Shown here in pieces: positions 20,836-30,978 of a DNA stretch of 64,000 nt. The first letter of the stretch is position 1. Each line of letters starts with the position of its first letter. This DNA is from a virus. Lineage: Duplodnaviria; Caudoviricetes. The translations under genes were made by a program, and so were the position numbers. Location: the IMG/VR virus record IMGVR_UViG_3300010429_001264; one strand, written 5' to 3'. Below the pieces are notes generated by a model. It ran no database searches, had not been told where the DNA came from, and saw only the letters and a program-made list of their open reading frames with translations.

Positions 20836-21181
20836 AAAATATATTGAGCAGGCAAAATATCTCAGAAGCGAGTTTTTTAAAACTATTGTAGAGTTATCTT
20901 CATATGAAAATGATTTAAAAAAATATAAAGATGATTTAGATTCTATGGATTTGTCAGAAAAGAAAGACTCGGAAAGTGCTCTGGCTGTCATCAGTGAGTT
21001 TGAAAGAAAAATAACAGAGATCGAACAAATAATATCTCCAAAAGTGAAATATATAAAAGAACTTGAAAAACAAGCTGATACATTATTTGAAAATATAAAA
21101 TCATTTTATCCAGATATGACAATGGAAGAGCTCCAACAAGAACTCATACCACATTTGGAAGAAATCAAATTAAAATTATGA
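20828..21181 (+). CDS. Hypothetical coiled-coil protein
   Basis: ORF track; overlaps the upstream gene. Confidence 0.7.
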   Translation: MDKKYIEQAKYLRSEFFKTIVELSSYENDLKKYKDDLDSMDLSEKKDSESALAVISEFERKITEIEQIISPKVKYIKELEKQADTLFENIKSFYPDMTMEELQQELIPHLEEIKLKL

Positions 21182-21522
21182 ACGAAGACTCTCTTACAAT
21201 AGATTTGTCCAAGTATATAGAGTATATGAAATCATATTATCTCGTGTCGAAAGTTTATGAGATATGTGGAAATTTCTATGACGAAAATGATAATCCAGTT
21301 AATTTCAGGAGAATAGAAACTAACAAAGAAACTATAAATTACTTATCAGATGTGAATTTTGTTTTTTCAAGCGATGTTGATATGGATAATTTAAAAGAAA
21401 AAACAAAAGTTGGACAGTTATTGATCTTAGAAGTCTATTTCAATCCAGATTTAAAGAATGAAATTTTTTTCTACGATAAAGAAGATAAAAATAGTTTTAG
21501 ATTAGAAGTTTTAAATTTATAA
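21178..21522 (+). CDS. Hypothetical protein
   Basis: ORF track; ATGA coupling to the upstream gene. Confidence 0.7.
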   Translation: MNEDSLTIDLSKYIEYMKSYYLVSKVYEICGNFYDENDNPVNFRRIETNKETINYLSDVNFVFSSDVDMDNLKEKTKVGQLLILEVYFNPDLKNEIFFYDKEDKNSFRLEVLNL

Positions 21523-21527
21523 ATTTT

Positions 21528-22085
21528 TTAATCTTCTTCAAATCTTCTTTGTGTGGGATCATATTCAAAAGGATTTTCTCCTTTTATTTTTCTATAATAT
21601 TCGCCAGTGTATTCCGAGCCTATTTTTGAGATCTTTTTAATAATCTTGATTAGTTCGAAAAGACTCATATCATGGGGTTGATATTTATCAATTTGATTTT
21701 TTAAATATTCTATATTTCTGATATTGACGATATATGATCTTTTTTTAGCTAGTTTTTTGTAATCTTCTAATGTGGGGTATTTTCTTTTTACTTTTTCTAG
21801 ATTATAGATATTATATTTTACTTTACTTTTCTGTGAATCAGTGATATCTTCATCATTCAAAGCCAATTTCAATATTTCTAATATTTTATCTATATTATAA
21901 TAAACATTTAAATTGTTTTGGATTTGTTCTAGCATTATGTTTGGGGGCAAAAATTGTATGATTCCAAAAGCTAGAATATTTAAAGGGAGCAATAAAATGT
22001 TTTTTACAAGGATTTTTGCCATCTCTGTTTTTACTCCTTCGTTTAAAGAGTTATCAAATTTTTCAAAATTTTTTAAATGTTCCAT
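21528..22085 (-). CDS. Hypothetical protein with CTS-like N-terminus
   Basis: Starts MEHLKNFEKFDNSLNE. Confidence 0.7.
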   Translation of the reverse strand: MEHLKNFEKFDNSLNEGVKTEMAKILVKNILLLPLNILAFGIIQFLPPNIMLEQIQNNLNVYYNIDKILEILKLALNDEDITDSQKSKVKYNIYNLEKVKRKYPTLEDYKKLAKKRSYIVNIRNIEYLKNQIDKYQPHDMSLFELIKIIKKISKIGSEYTGEYYRKIKGENPFEYDPTQRRFEED

Positions 22086-22165
22086 AAAATTTATATTTTT
22101 TTTATTATATATTAATAATTTTTCTTCATTTTTTTTAATATATAGAATAAAATGAATTTTTATAA

Positions 22166-23299
22166 TTGAATAATATTTTAAATTTTAATGATTTTGTTTT
22201 TGAAGAATACAGACCCTTCACAAAAAGTTATGATCTCGGTGAATTAAAACCAATAGGCAGAGGCGGCAATTTAAAAGGTGAGGATGAAATGGTAAGACGT
22301 GGTTATGAATATTTGAAGGAATTGAGGAGCAAATTTAAATATACTAAATATTTATCATTCAGGAAGTTAAAAACAATAGAACTTGCTAAAAAGCACGAAC
22401 TCAATTATAATTTTGCTCGCATTATAAACTCGCACGAACTTATAGAAAAAAAGAGAATTTACTCTTTGAAGTTTCCTGATACTGAGCCAACTATAGATGA
22501 TGTCAGAAATATGTTTAGAGAATATAGGGAATATGATCGCTCGACTCATAAAAAGGTTTCAGAAATGACGCCAGATGAAATTGAGAAAAGAAAAGAATAT
22601 AGAAAATCTCACCTACCACAACATCTGGAAAGAAAAAAACAACTTCGTCAATTAAAAAAGTTTTTGGGCATACCAAATGAAGAAAATATAAAAAAAGAAG
22701 AAATAAGTAAAGAGGAAAAAGAAAAAATGTTTATAGAAGAGATAACAAAAATATCAAAGGATCCTGGTTTTAAAAGTTTTTGTTTAAGACTGGATCCAAA
22801 AAATTATGATGATATAATGCAAGACTCCTTAGAGGCAGCAATAAAACAAAAAGATACCTTTGTTCCAAAATCATCAAAAGAAGATTTAAAACCAGCGTCT
22901 ATAAGAACTTGGCTATATTCAATAGCAAGAAATAAGAGTTTACAAAGTTTCAAAAGAACTACGACCAGAAAAGATATACCAACATCGGATTTTAATGACG
23001 CGGATTTTTACAATATGTATCAAGAAACAGAATATGAAGAAAAGGATAAAAAAACATCCGAAGTAATAGAAAAATGTTTTGATGAAATACCAGCTTCTTT
23101 ACAAGAAATGTTAAAAATGGCGATGGAAGAAACTAGTTATAAAGATATTGCTAATATATTGAATGATAAATATGGAAAAAATTATGATGAAGAATATATT
23201 AAAAGTAGAATATACACGGGTAGAAAAATTTTAGCTGATAAAATTCATAAAATCTTGCCAAATCTTATTATAAAAGGCAAGACTGGAATAGAAAAATAA
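22166..23299 (+). CDS. ECF-type sigma factor with long N-terminal extension
   Basis: Region 2 DDIMQD...RTWLYSIARN; region 4 SYKDIANIL...IKSRIYTGRKIL. Confidence 0.82.
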   Translation: MNNILNFNDFVFEEYRPFTKSYDLGELKPIGRGGNLKGEDEMVRRGYEYLKELRSKFKYTKYLSFRKLKTIELAKKHELNYNFARIINSHELIEKKRIYSLKFPDTEPTIDDVRNMFREYREYDRSTHKKVSEMTPDEIEKRKEYRKSHLPQHLERKKQLRQLKKFLGIPNEENIKKEEISKEEKEKMFIEEITKISKDPGFKSFCLRLDPKNYDDIMQDSLEAAIKQKDTFVPKSSKEDLKPASIRTWLYSIARNKSLQSFKRTTTRKDIPTSDFNDADFYNMYQETEYEEKDKKTSEVIEKCFDEIPASLQEMLKMAMEETSYKDIANILNDKYGKNYDEEYIKSRIYTGRKILADKIHKILPNLIIKGKTGIEK

Positions 23300-23344
23300 C
23301 AAAGAAAAAAATTAATATATAGAACAAAAAATAAATCATAAGAT

Positions 23345-23641
23345 ATGGAAAAATTTACACAAAAAATCGGATCAATAGAAGAAACAAAATTTACTGACAA
23401 AACTAAAAATCAGATATATTCTTTAATAAAAGAAAATCTATCTATTGTGGAAGATAATGAAGATACTTATATAAAAGGCATTGAAGATCTGACAAATTCT
23501 ATTTTCGAATATATTCAGAAAGATAGGATTAAACAAGAGGTAGCCACCCTAGAAACCATAAAAAATATAGCCGCTACTGGTAATTTGAGTTTCAAACAAA
23601 TAAATGAAAGCATAGATAATCTGAACAAATCTATTTTCTAA
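23345..23641 (+). CDS. Hypothetical protein
   Basis: ORF track. Confidence 0.65.
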   Translation: MEKFTQKIGSIEETKFTDKTKNQIYSLIKENLSIVEDNEDTYIKGIEDLTNSIFEYIQKDRIKQEVATLETIKNIAATGNLSFKQINESIDNLNKSIF

Positions 23642-24087
23642 AATATATTGTTTCTTATTCTATGTCTGGTTTCATCCACAGATAGTCTGTTTTTCAAAAT
23701 ATAATCGAAATCGACTTCTATTATAATTCTATTAATCAAATCTATTTTATAGATTTTCATATTGTTTTTGCTGGCAATATCTGATTCATACACTATTCCA
23801 GCTCCAATTTTATCATCTCTAAAAGGCAAATAAGCAAAAGAATCGCAACGAAGAACTAGGTCATCAAAATATTTCATATAATCATTTGGATTATTTTTTC
23901 TAAATATTATGAAGTCGTCTTGTTGTTCTTTTGCGCCAGGATTTAAAACATCAAAACCATTCTCTTCTAAAATAGAAATTGATTCTTTTTCTATATTTGT
24001 GCCATATGTGCTGATTGGATGGGCAAAATATATCTTTTTAAAAGATTCTGTATTAAAATTCTCAAATTTTTTTATTTTATTTCTCAT
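23638..24087 (-). CDS. Nucleoside 2-deoxyribosyltransferase-like protein
   Basis: KIYFAHP...VLNP...CD...GAGIVYE pattern. Confidence 0.65.
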   Translation of the reverse strand: MRNKIKKFENFNTESFKKIYFAHPISTYGTNIEKESISILEENGFDVLNPGAKEQQDDFIIFRKNNPNDYMKYFDDLVLRCDSFAYLPFRDDKIGAGIVYESDIASKNNMKIYKIDLINRIIIEVDFDYILKNRLSVDETRHRIRNNIF

Positions 24088-25454
24088 TCAAAATCTTCAA
24101 ATTTTAATTTTAACTGATGTTTTCTTTTATTGATTTCTTTTATTATATAATTTGTTAACAACAAAGGTATGTTTACTCCTGATATAACAGAAAATGTTGG
24201 AAAGTGTGGAGCCGAATTTGTTTCCATAATATAATATTTTTTTGTTTCCAGATCCTGTAAAACATCAAAACCAATAAAATCACAGAAAAGATGTTTCGAT
24301 ATATCTTCACACATTTTTACTTGCTCTTTTGGTAGCTCAGAGCGAACAGCCTTGCCGCCAGCGGCTATATTGCTTCTGAAATCTTTCCCCTGAGATAATC
24401 TTTTTATTACCAGTGCCATTTTATTTTTTATAACTATGACACGATGATCTCCATCATTCGGTATAAATTTTTGTATCAATTTCATGCCTCCCCAGTTAAA
24501 TTGCAATTTGAGTTCATTCATATCATCAACTTTCTTCACACCTTCGCCTCTATTCAAATAAATATCCTTGACTATAACTGGAAAACCGAATTCTTTAACG
24601 CTTGCAATGACATCTTTTGTCAATTTTGTTGTTAATATTGATGGTATATATGGATAACCCAGCGATTGAACAAGATCCATTTCATAAGCTTTGCTGTCAA
24701 ATTCTTGATACGTGCCATATTTTAGATAAGGTACGTCATTTTTATCCAAATAGTTAATTAGCATTCTGCATATTGTAGTAAACTTAGTCATAAAACCAAA
24801 GAAAACAAAATCGAAATCTTTTAGTTTTATTTCATCCAAATAAAAATCATTTTTTATTCTATATATGTCATCATAGTTTCTAAATTCAACATGAACATCT
24901 GGTGCTATTTCTTTAAAATAGTCCATAAAAACTGGTTTTAAAGTTGTATATCCTCTAAAGAAATTCTCTTTATCTTCTTCTTTGTGTAGGTCCACATTCA
25001 AATCGAATTGTAAAAACAATACTTTCTTTTTATCTTTTGGTATAACAGGTTTTTCAAATTTAATGAATCTAAACAGCTTAAATGGTATACTATATCCAAT
25101 TTGAATGTGTGGAACACCAACTCCTTTGTATGGTTCGCCTTTGCTATCTGTAATTGCCTCCACCTCAAAGCTTTCCTGTCCTCTTAGATAATTAGTTGAT
25201 TTCCAACCAAGTCCATCTAGATTTACAGCTTTTACTGCATCCCCAACTTTTATCGGTAATTGATCGATTGGCACATCTGGTAATTCCTCAGGTTTTGGAG
25301 TTTCATCTAACTCTTCTTTCTTGTATGCTCTTTCTACCTTTTCTTTTGGCTGAAATGGTTCAGGCACATATTCTGGTTCCTCTGGAATATTAAATCCAAT
25401 TCTCTTTTTGAATGGCCAGATATAATATTCATTGAATTTTTTAATTTCGCCCAT
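24084..25454 (-). CDS. RimK-family ATP-grasp ligase
   Basis: FPVIVK..RGEGV, IQKFIP..GDHRV, FRSNIAAGG, GFDVL and ETNSAP motifs. Confidence 0.9.
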   Translation of the reverse strand: MGEIKKFNEYYIWPFKKRIGFNIPEEPEYVPEPFQPKEKVERAYKKEELDETPKPEELPDVPIDQLPIKVGDAVKAVNLDGLGWKSTNYLRGQESFEVEAITDSKGEPYKGVGVPHIQIGYSIPFKLFRFIKFEKPVIPKDKKKVLFLQFDLNVDLHKEEDKENFFRGYTTLKPVFMDYFKEIAPDVHVEFRNYDDIYRIKNDFYLDEIKLKDFDFVFFGFMTKFTTICRMLINYLDKNDVPYLKYGTYQEFDSKAYEMDLVQSLGYPYIPSILTTKLTKDVIASVKEFGFPVIVKDIYLNRGEGVKKVDDMNELKLQFNWGGMKLIQKFIPNDGDHRVIVIKNKMALVIKRLSQGKDFRSNIAAGGKAVRSELPKEQVKMCEDISKHLFCDFIGFDVLQDLETKKYYIMETNSAPHFPTFSVISGVNIPLLLTNYIIKEINKRKHQLKLKFEDFE

Positions 25455-25558
25455 TATTTGTATGTTTATTTTATTTATAAAAATATATATTAAATTTGTT
25501 TTTTCATTTATTATATATTTAAAAAAAACTTTTAAATAATAAAATCATAATTATATAT

Positions 25559-26443
25559 ATGGAATTAACAACAGATAACGTGAGGAATTTTTTACTGACT
25601 TCATATCCAGAGATGAAGATAATCCATATGAATTTTTATCAAAAATTTCCATCTAATGAACTCCTTTTTATCACAGAATATGAAAAGATCTTTAAGATGC
25701 TATTGGAAGAATTTTTTCCTGGATATACAATAAATGATAATTTTTTTGTAAAAAATGAAGGAATTCTTCCAATAGCATTAGCTTATACTGATGATAAATT
25801 TTTTTCTAAAAGAAATATAAAAAATGTAACTTGTTTATCTTTTGAAAGCCTTTATCCACATATTATGTTGAAGATAACAGATCTGAATAACGTTTCAGAT
25901 TTTGATCACCTCGATGAAGATCCTTGGAGCGAGGAAATCTGGAACGATATAAAAAGTTTCCAATGGAACTCGAAAGAAGTTTTTGAGATGTATAAATTTC
26001 TGGTGATAAATAAAAAAGAATTATTTTTAGACGATAACGATGATTTTAACTCTCTTATTAGGAGTTTGATAAATGCGATGTATGGTGTTATAAGGTCGAA
26101 TAAATCTTGGATAAAGGTTAAAAATTATGGTTTAGTATTAGAAGAAACAGCCGACATTCTGAAAACTATTCGTGACAAATTTGCTTATGAAGTTGGCTCC
26201 ATTTTTGATGATGAGTATGAAGATAACAAAAAAACATATTTAATATTCGCCAACGTCGATCAAATGTTTTTTACTAATTTCGATGAAATAAAGGATGATG
26301 TTGAAAATATTTTAGAAGATTTTGGTTATCCTTATAAATTGGAGATATATTCAGATTTATTTTATGTTGATATAAACAATTATATATTAGTTAATGAGAA
26401 TAAAATTAAAAAACACGGATTTTATGAACTTAAATCGAATTAA
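25559..26443 (+). CDS. Degenerate PolB palm-like protein (probably inactive)
   Basis: SFESLYPHIM (motif A lacking Asp), RSLINAMYG (motif B) and FANVDQ (degenerate YxDTDS). Confidence 0.7.
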   Translation: MELTTDNVRNFLLTSYPEMKIIHMNFYQKFPSNELLFITEYEKIFKMLLEEFFPGYTINDNFFVKNEGILPIALAYTDDKFFSKRNIKNVTCLSFESLYPHIMLKITDLNNVSDFDHLDEDPWSEEIWNDIKSFQWNSKEVFEMYKFLVINKKELFLDDNDDFNSLIRSLINAMYGVIRSNKSWIKVKNYGLVLEETADILKTIRDKFAYEVGSIFDDEYEDNKKTYLIFANVDQMFFTNFDEIKDDVENILEDFGYPYKLEIYSDLFYVDINNYILVNENKIKKHGFYELKSN

Positions 26444-26465
26444 TTTCAAAAAATAATAATAAAAA

Positions 26466-27236
26466 ATGAGTTTTCCTTATATTTTATCAGTTTCTCGTCG
26501 TGAAGATGTTCCAGCTTTTAAATCAGAGTGGTTTATAAACGTTTTAAAAGATGGATATGTAAATATGTGTAGCTCTTATAGAGATTATAGAATAAGTTTT
26601 GACAATGTTAAATTTATAGTTTTCTGGACGAAAAATCCAAGACCTATGATTCCTTATCTGGATGATATAAAACTAGATTATTATTTTCAATATACTTTGA
26701 ATTTCTATCCAGAATATGAAAAAAATGTGCCGCCAATAGCTGAGAGAGTAAGAACATTTATCAATTTATCAAAAAAAATTGGTAAAGAAAAAGTCATATG
26801 GCGATTTGATCCTATAATAATCAATGATATCATATCAGTTGATAATGTCTTGGAAAGAATAAATAAAATAGGGAGACTTGTTTCACCATATACTGAAAAA
26901 TTAGTTTTTAGTTTTATTGATCCATATTTTAAACTAAATGATAGATTTAGAGACTTGACAGAAAAAGAAATGATAGATGTTGTTCAAGGAATAAAAGAAA
27001 TGAACAAATCTTGGGGATTAAAATTGGCTACTTGTGCAGAAAGATCTGAATTTGAAGGAATCGAACATAACAAATGTATAGATCCAGATTTAATAAAAAG
27101 AATTAGTGGTGATCCAGATTGGTTGAAAGAAAGAAAAGATAAAAATCAAAGAGCTTTTTGCGGATGTATAGAAAGTTCAGATATCGGCTCATTCAAGTCT
27201 TGCCAACATCAATGCGATTATTGTTATGGGCAATAA
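26466..27236 (+). CDS. DUF1848 family protein
   Basis: SVSRREDVPAF, VFWTKNP, WRFDPII and DIG..SCQHQCDYCY motifs. Confidence 0.9.
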   Translation: MSFPYILSVSRREDVPAFKSEWFINVLKDGYVNMCSSYRDYRISFDNVKFIVFWTKNPRPMIPYLDDIKLDYYFQYTLNFYPEYEKNVPPIAERVRTFINLSKKIGKEKVIWRFDPIIINDIISVDNVLERINKIGRLVSPYTEKLVFSFIDPYFKLNDRFRDLTEKEMIDVVQGIKEMNKSWGLKLATCAERSEFEGIEHNKCIDPDLIKRISGDPDWLKERKDKNQRAFCGCIESSDIGSFKSCQHQCDYCYGQ

Positions 27237-27287
27237 GAAAAAATGAAAAAAAAAACATTAATATATAAATTAAAAAATTGTTGTATA

Positions 27288-27371
27288 ATGAAAAAATTTG
27301 AATCATTCGAACCTCAACATCAAGAAAACTTGAATATATCTGATATTAGAGGTAGTTTTTATTCGATATAA
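27288..27371 (+). pseudogene. Short ORF with CTS-like start
   Basis: MKKFESFEPQHQENLNISDIRGSFYSI*, preceded by AATATATA. Confidence 0.35.
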
Positions 27372-27427
27372 TAGTTTTACTCGGTAGAGAATTTAATCCA
27401 CCAACCAGGAAGAAAAATAATAAGTCA

Positions 27428-27721
27428 ATGAAAATTTTAACAGTAAAAGAATTAAAAGCTTTAATTGATTCGAATCAAGAACATCTCATTAAATGCGATG
27501 TTAAAACTTACGATCCTTATAGCGGTGGAGAACCATATATAGATACAGCCGAATTTTGTAGAAATTTTAAAATTAAAGAATATAAAAGTTATATCTTAGT
27601 GGAATTGAGCAATGATATGGGTGATCCAGAATTTTGTGTAAGTAATGAAAACGAGCCAATAGATTTCAAATATGATAATTCAGATAGTGATTATTCATAT
27701 AGACTATATATAGAGGAATAA
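27428..27721 (+). CDS. Hypothetical protein
   Basis: ORF track. Confidence 0.65.
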   Translation: MKILTVKELKALIDSNQEHLIKCDVKTYDPYSGGEPYIDTAEFCRNFKIKEYKSYILVELSNDMGDPEFCVSNENEPIDFKYDNSDSDYSYRLYIEE

Positions 27722-27754
27722 CTTTAGCATCACCGAAAATAGCATTTTCGGTCC

Positions 27755-27788
27755 GACGCCATCCCAAAAAGATGGCGTTTCTTTTTTT
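27755..27788 (+). terminator. Intrinsic terminator between convergent genes
   Basis: ACGCCATC-CCAAAAA-GATGGCGT followed by a T-rich run. Confidence 0.7.
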
Positions 27789-27802
27789 ACAATCCTTTTA
27801 TA

Positions 27803-28507
27803 TTAACCGAATAGTTTTTCATCGGCATCATCGCCTTCTATTTCGAAATCAGCATCTTGCTCGAATTCAGCATATTTTTCATCTAGTGAATCCATTTCCA
27901 ATTGATATTCTTCATATGATGAATAACGGAAATATTCATATATAATTGGTTCGAGAGCTTCCAATACTTCTTTTGTGAAGACTTTTCCATTATATAATTG
28001 GCTGTCGAACAAAGTTTTATCTAAATGTTTAACATACCATTTCGAGCCGTTCTCATAAGTTATTTCACCGGTCTTTTTATCGAGAACTGGTTTTACTTTA
28101 GCTATACCAACTTTTTCAAAGTTTTCGGGTGTGCAAAAGAAATCTAATCCTTTAAATGGATTACAACCTTTTGAGTGATCTATTTCAAATTTTACTTTTT
28201 TAGGTTTAGCCAAACGATTTTTTCTAGCCAATGCTGTTATGACCGAGCCTGTTGCGCCAGTGGATAACTCATCTTTTTCTTTATCCTCGAGTTTTGCCTT
28301 TGACAATAAAACGATTGTTGAAGCCAAATACATCAAGCCTTCACCACCAGTTAAAATAGCTTGTGGGAATAAGTCTTGTGAATTATGAGAAACTATTCCA
28401 TTTTTTAATATGTAATGATGAGAATCTTCTATATTGATATCATAAGTTATATCCATTTCATCTAGATATTCGATCTTTTCAATTTTTATTTCATTGAATT
28501 CTTTCAT
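27803..28507 (-). CDS. uvsX: Split-intein C-fragment (42 aa) fused to RecA/UvsX C-terminal part
   Basis: TYDINI..HHYILKNGIVSHN|S junction at 28382; then GGEGLMYLAS and KNRL. Confidence 0.9.
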   Translation of the reverse strand: MKEFNEIKIEKIEYLDEMDITYDINIEDSHHYILKNGIVSHNSQDLFPQAILTGGEGLMYLASTIVLLSKAKLEDKEKDELSTGATGSVITALARKNRLAKPKKVKFEIDHSKGCNPFKGLDFFCTPENFEKVGIAKVKPVLDKKTGEITYENGSKWYVKHLDKTLFDSQLYNGKVFTKEVLEALEPIIYEYFRYSSYEEYQLEMDSLDEKYAEFEQDADFEIEGDDADEKLFG

Positions 28508-28717
28508 AGAGTTTATTTATTATTTTTTTTATTTTTTGACCAATCTTTATATTCCTTTTTAGTTATTTTCTAAAAAAGATGTTTCATTTTTTATAAGTTC
28601 ATAGATATTTTCATTTCTATTTATCATTCTAATACACCCAGACAAACTCTTACATTCTTTTATATTTTTTATAATATCCATAAATGTTTTTTTTTTTATT
28701 TCTATTAATCGAATATA

Positions 28718-29668
28718 TTAAACATTTTTAACAGATAAAATAATATCATCTTCTTTTAATTCCTCAGCTGATTTCCAACAACTATTGTCATCATCTTTAC
28801 ACCATTCCTTTTTTATTAAAAATTTGTGTTGTGGTGTGCATTTTATAATATCCCCATTTTCTAAAGTTATTTTAATAATTGGGCTTTTCTGATACTCATA
28901 AATATCAATTATTGGCTTATCACCATCTAATGTTTTAATTAAATCTCCCTTTTTAAGATTTTCTATTAGTTCATAATCACCGTTTGATTTTAAGATTTCA
29001 TGCCCACTCGTTAAGCATAAATAAATGTGGTTTGTTGCCAGTAGAGGTATATTTAAATATCCAAGATCATCAATAATGATTCTCAACATACTTTTAATGG
29101 CTTTTGCCCTTGACATATCTTGTTTGTCATTTCCTTTAACAGCATCCTCAACTTCTTTCTTTGATGCTAAAGCCCCAAGACTATCGATTATTATGAGAGT
29201 TTTCGATACATCCTCACCTTTTTCTTTTTGTTTTTTCAATTCGTCCAATAATTGTGCTAAAAATACCTTCAAGTTTTCGACTTTATTCGATCTTATCAAC
29301 ATAAATTTATCTGGATCTGATGTATCCACACCAAACATATCAAAATCAGAATTTTCAATAGAGAACTCAGTGTCTATGTATATAACATTATATCCATCTT
29401 TCTGGGCATTTCTAACAACATTTAAACAAATGTATGATTTACCAGTTTGAGTTGGACCAGCGAGTATGGTGAACCTAGATTTTGATACTCCGCCATTTAG
29501 AATGCTTTTTGACAATAGAGCATTTAAGATGTAAATTCCTGTGTTTAAATATGTTCTTTCATTTTTTAAATTATCAATTGTAACCATAGATTTTTTGGAG
29601 AGATTATCGATTAATCCAGATATCTTTGAAAAATTAAAACCATCTTTTTTTGTTTGTTGTTTAGCCAT
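28718..29668 (-). CDS. uvsX: RecA/UvsX N-terminal part fused to split-intein N-fragment (99 aa)
   Basis: Walker A GPTQTGKS, YIDTE, IIDSLGAL; TNHIYL|CLTSGH junction at 29017; block B CTPQHKF. Confidence 0.92.
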   Translation of the reverse strand: MAKQQTKKDGFNFSKISGLIDNLSKKSMVTIDNLKNERTYLNTGIYILNALLSKSILNGGVSKSRFTILAGPTQTGKSYICLNVVRNAQKDGYNVIYIDTEFSIENSDFDMFGVDTSDPDKFMLIRSNKVENLKVFLAQLLDELKKQKEKGEDVSKTLIIIDSLGALASKKEVEDAVKGNDKQDMSRAKAIKSMLRIIIDDLGYLNIPLLATNHIYLCLTSGHEILKSNGDYELIENLKKGDLIKTLDGDKPIIDIYEYQKSPIIKITLENGDIIKCTPQHKFLIKKEWCKDDDNSCWKSAEELKEDDIILSVKNV

Positions 29669-29790
29669 TTTATTTTTATTTATTTTTAGATATATATATT
29701 ATATTTATTTTTTGAGTTATATAACAATATTTCATTTTTGTTTTATCGAACATTTTCAAACTTTAAATTAATTTTTTTATATTCATATCT

Positions 29791-30978
29791 ATGAACAAAC
29801 CAAAATTCAGTATTGTAACATCATTTTATAATGAACCTATCGAACTAATAGAAGAATGTTGTCAAAGTGTTCTAAATCAAACTTTTAAAGATTTTGAGTG
29901 GGTTATAACGGACGATTGGAGTCAAGATGAAAATACTACAGAAAAAGTCAAATCTCTAGTCGATAGAGATCAAAGAATAAGATATGTTGAAGAAAAAGAA
30001 AAAAAAGAAGTTTGGTGGAATCCACATACTTACGCCAATGGCGAAATAGTCACAACATTGGACGGCGATGATAAATTATTTCCAAAAGCAATAGAAGTTT
30101 TAAATCATTTTTATGATGCCTATCCTGATGTAATTTGCGCAACAACAGATATACATAATTATAGAGAAGATAAAATGTATAATGGATCTGTTTATTTAAA
30201 TTATGAGAACTATAAAAGTCATTTGAATTATTGTAAAGATATAAGGCACAATCCATCTATTAATAAGAATGTTACAAATAGTTTGTTCATGCATGGGTAT
30301 AATCGCTCTTATAGAAATATGAATATTGATTTTAGAGGCAATCTAGATAAAAGGCTAATTATTGTAGATTTTCTACAACTAACTATGTTAGAAGAGCTTG
30401 GAAAATATCTTCATATACCAAGAAGTTTATATGGATATAATACTCGCGAAATGTCAATAAGTAGAAAAATTGATGATCATAACAATTTTTCTATGCGGAC
30501 ACAAGAAATCGATCGGGCTGTCATCGATAGAAGAGAGGGAAAAGATATTGACACAATAAAAAGATTATTCGATGGAATTTTTGTTCAAAGCACAGCATTT
30601 TTTGGAAGTGACCTGAATTTAATAAGCGATAGAAAAAATATATCGCTGATAACACAAACTCCGCTGACTCTTTTACAACAATATCAATTAAAAGAGTTGT
30701 GGTTTGATCATAATCTATATTTTGATGTATATGATGATTCTATAGATTATTATTTTGTTCAATTCACTTCGATGGATGAAATAAATAATTTTATGCCAAT
30801 ATATCATAAATTGTTAAAATATTGCGGAAGAGGAAAGAAAATAACTATTCAAATAACATACAATGAAACAAGAATGGATAACACTCTTTTTACAAATTTC
30901 TTGAGTGTTCTACAAGGAAAACATAATTTATTGTGGTATGATTTTGATAACACGTATCAATTTATTGAAATTTTTTAA
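29791..30978 (+). CDS. Glycosyltransferase family 2
   Basis: FSIVTSFYN...SVLNQT..FEWVITDDWS; LDGDD. Confidence 0.9.
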   Translation: MNKPKFSIVTSFYNEPIELIEECCQSVLNQTFKDFEWVITDDWSQDENTTEKVKSLVDRDQRIRYVEEKEKKEVWWNPHTYANGEIVTTLDGDDKLFPKAIEVLNHFYDAYPDVICATTDIHNYREDKMYNGSVYLNYENYKSHLNYCKDIRHNPSINKNVTNSLFMHGYNRSYRNMNIDFRGNLDKRLIIVDFLQLTMLEELGKYLHIPRSLYGYNTREMSISRKIDDHNNFSMRTQEIDRAVIDRREGKDIDTIKRLFDGIFVQSTAFFGSDLNLISDRKNISLITQTPLTLLQQYQLKELWFDHNLYFDVYDDSIDYYFVQFTSMDEINNFMPIYHKLLKYCGRGKKITIQITYNETRMDNTLFTNFLSVLQGKHNLLWYDFDNTYQFIEIF

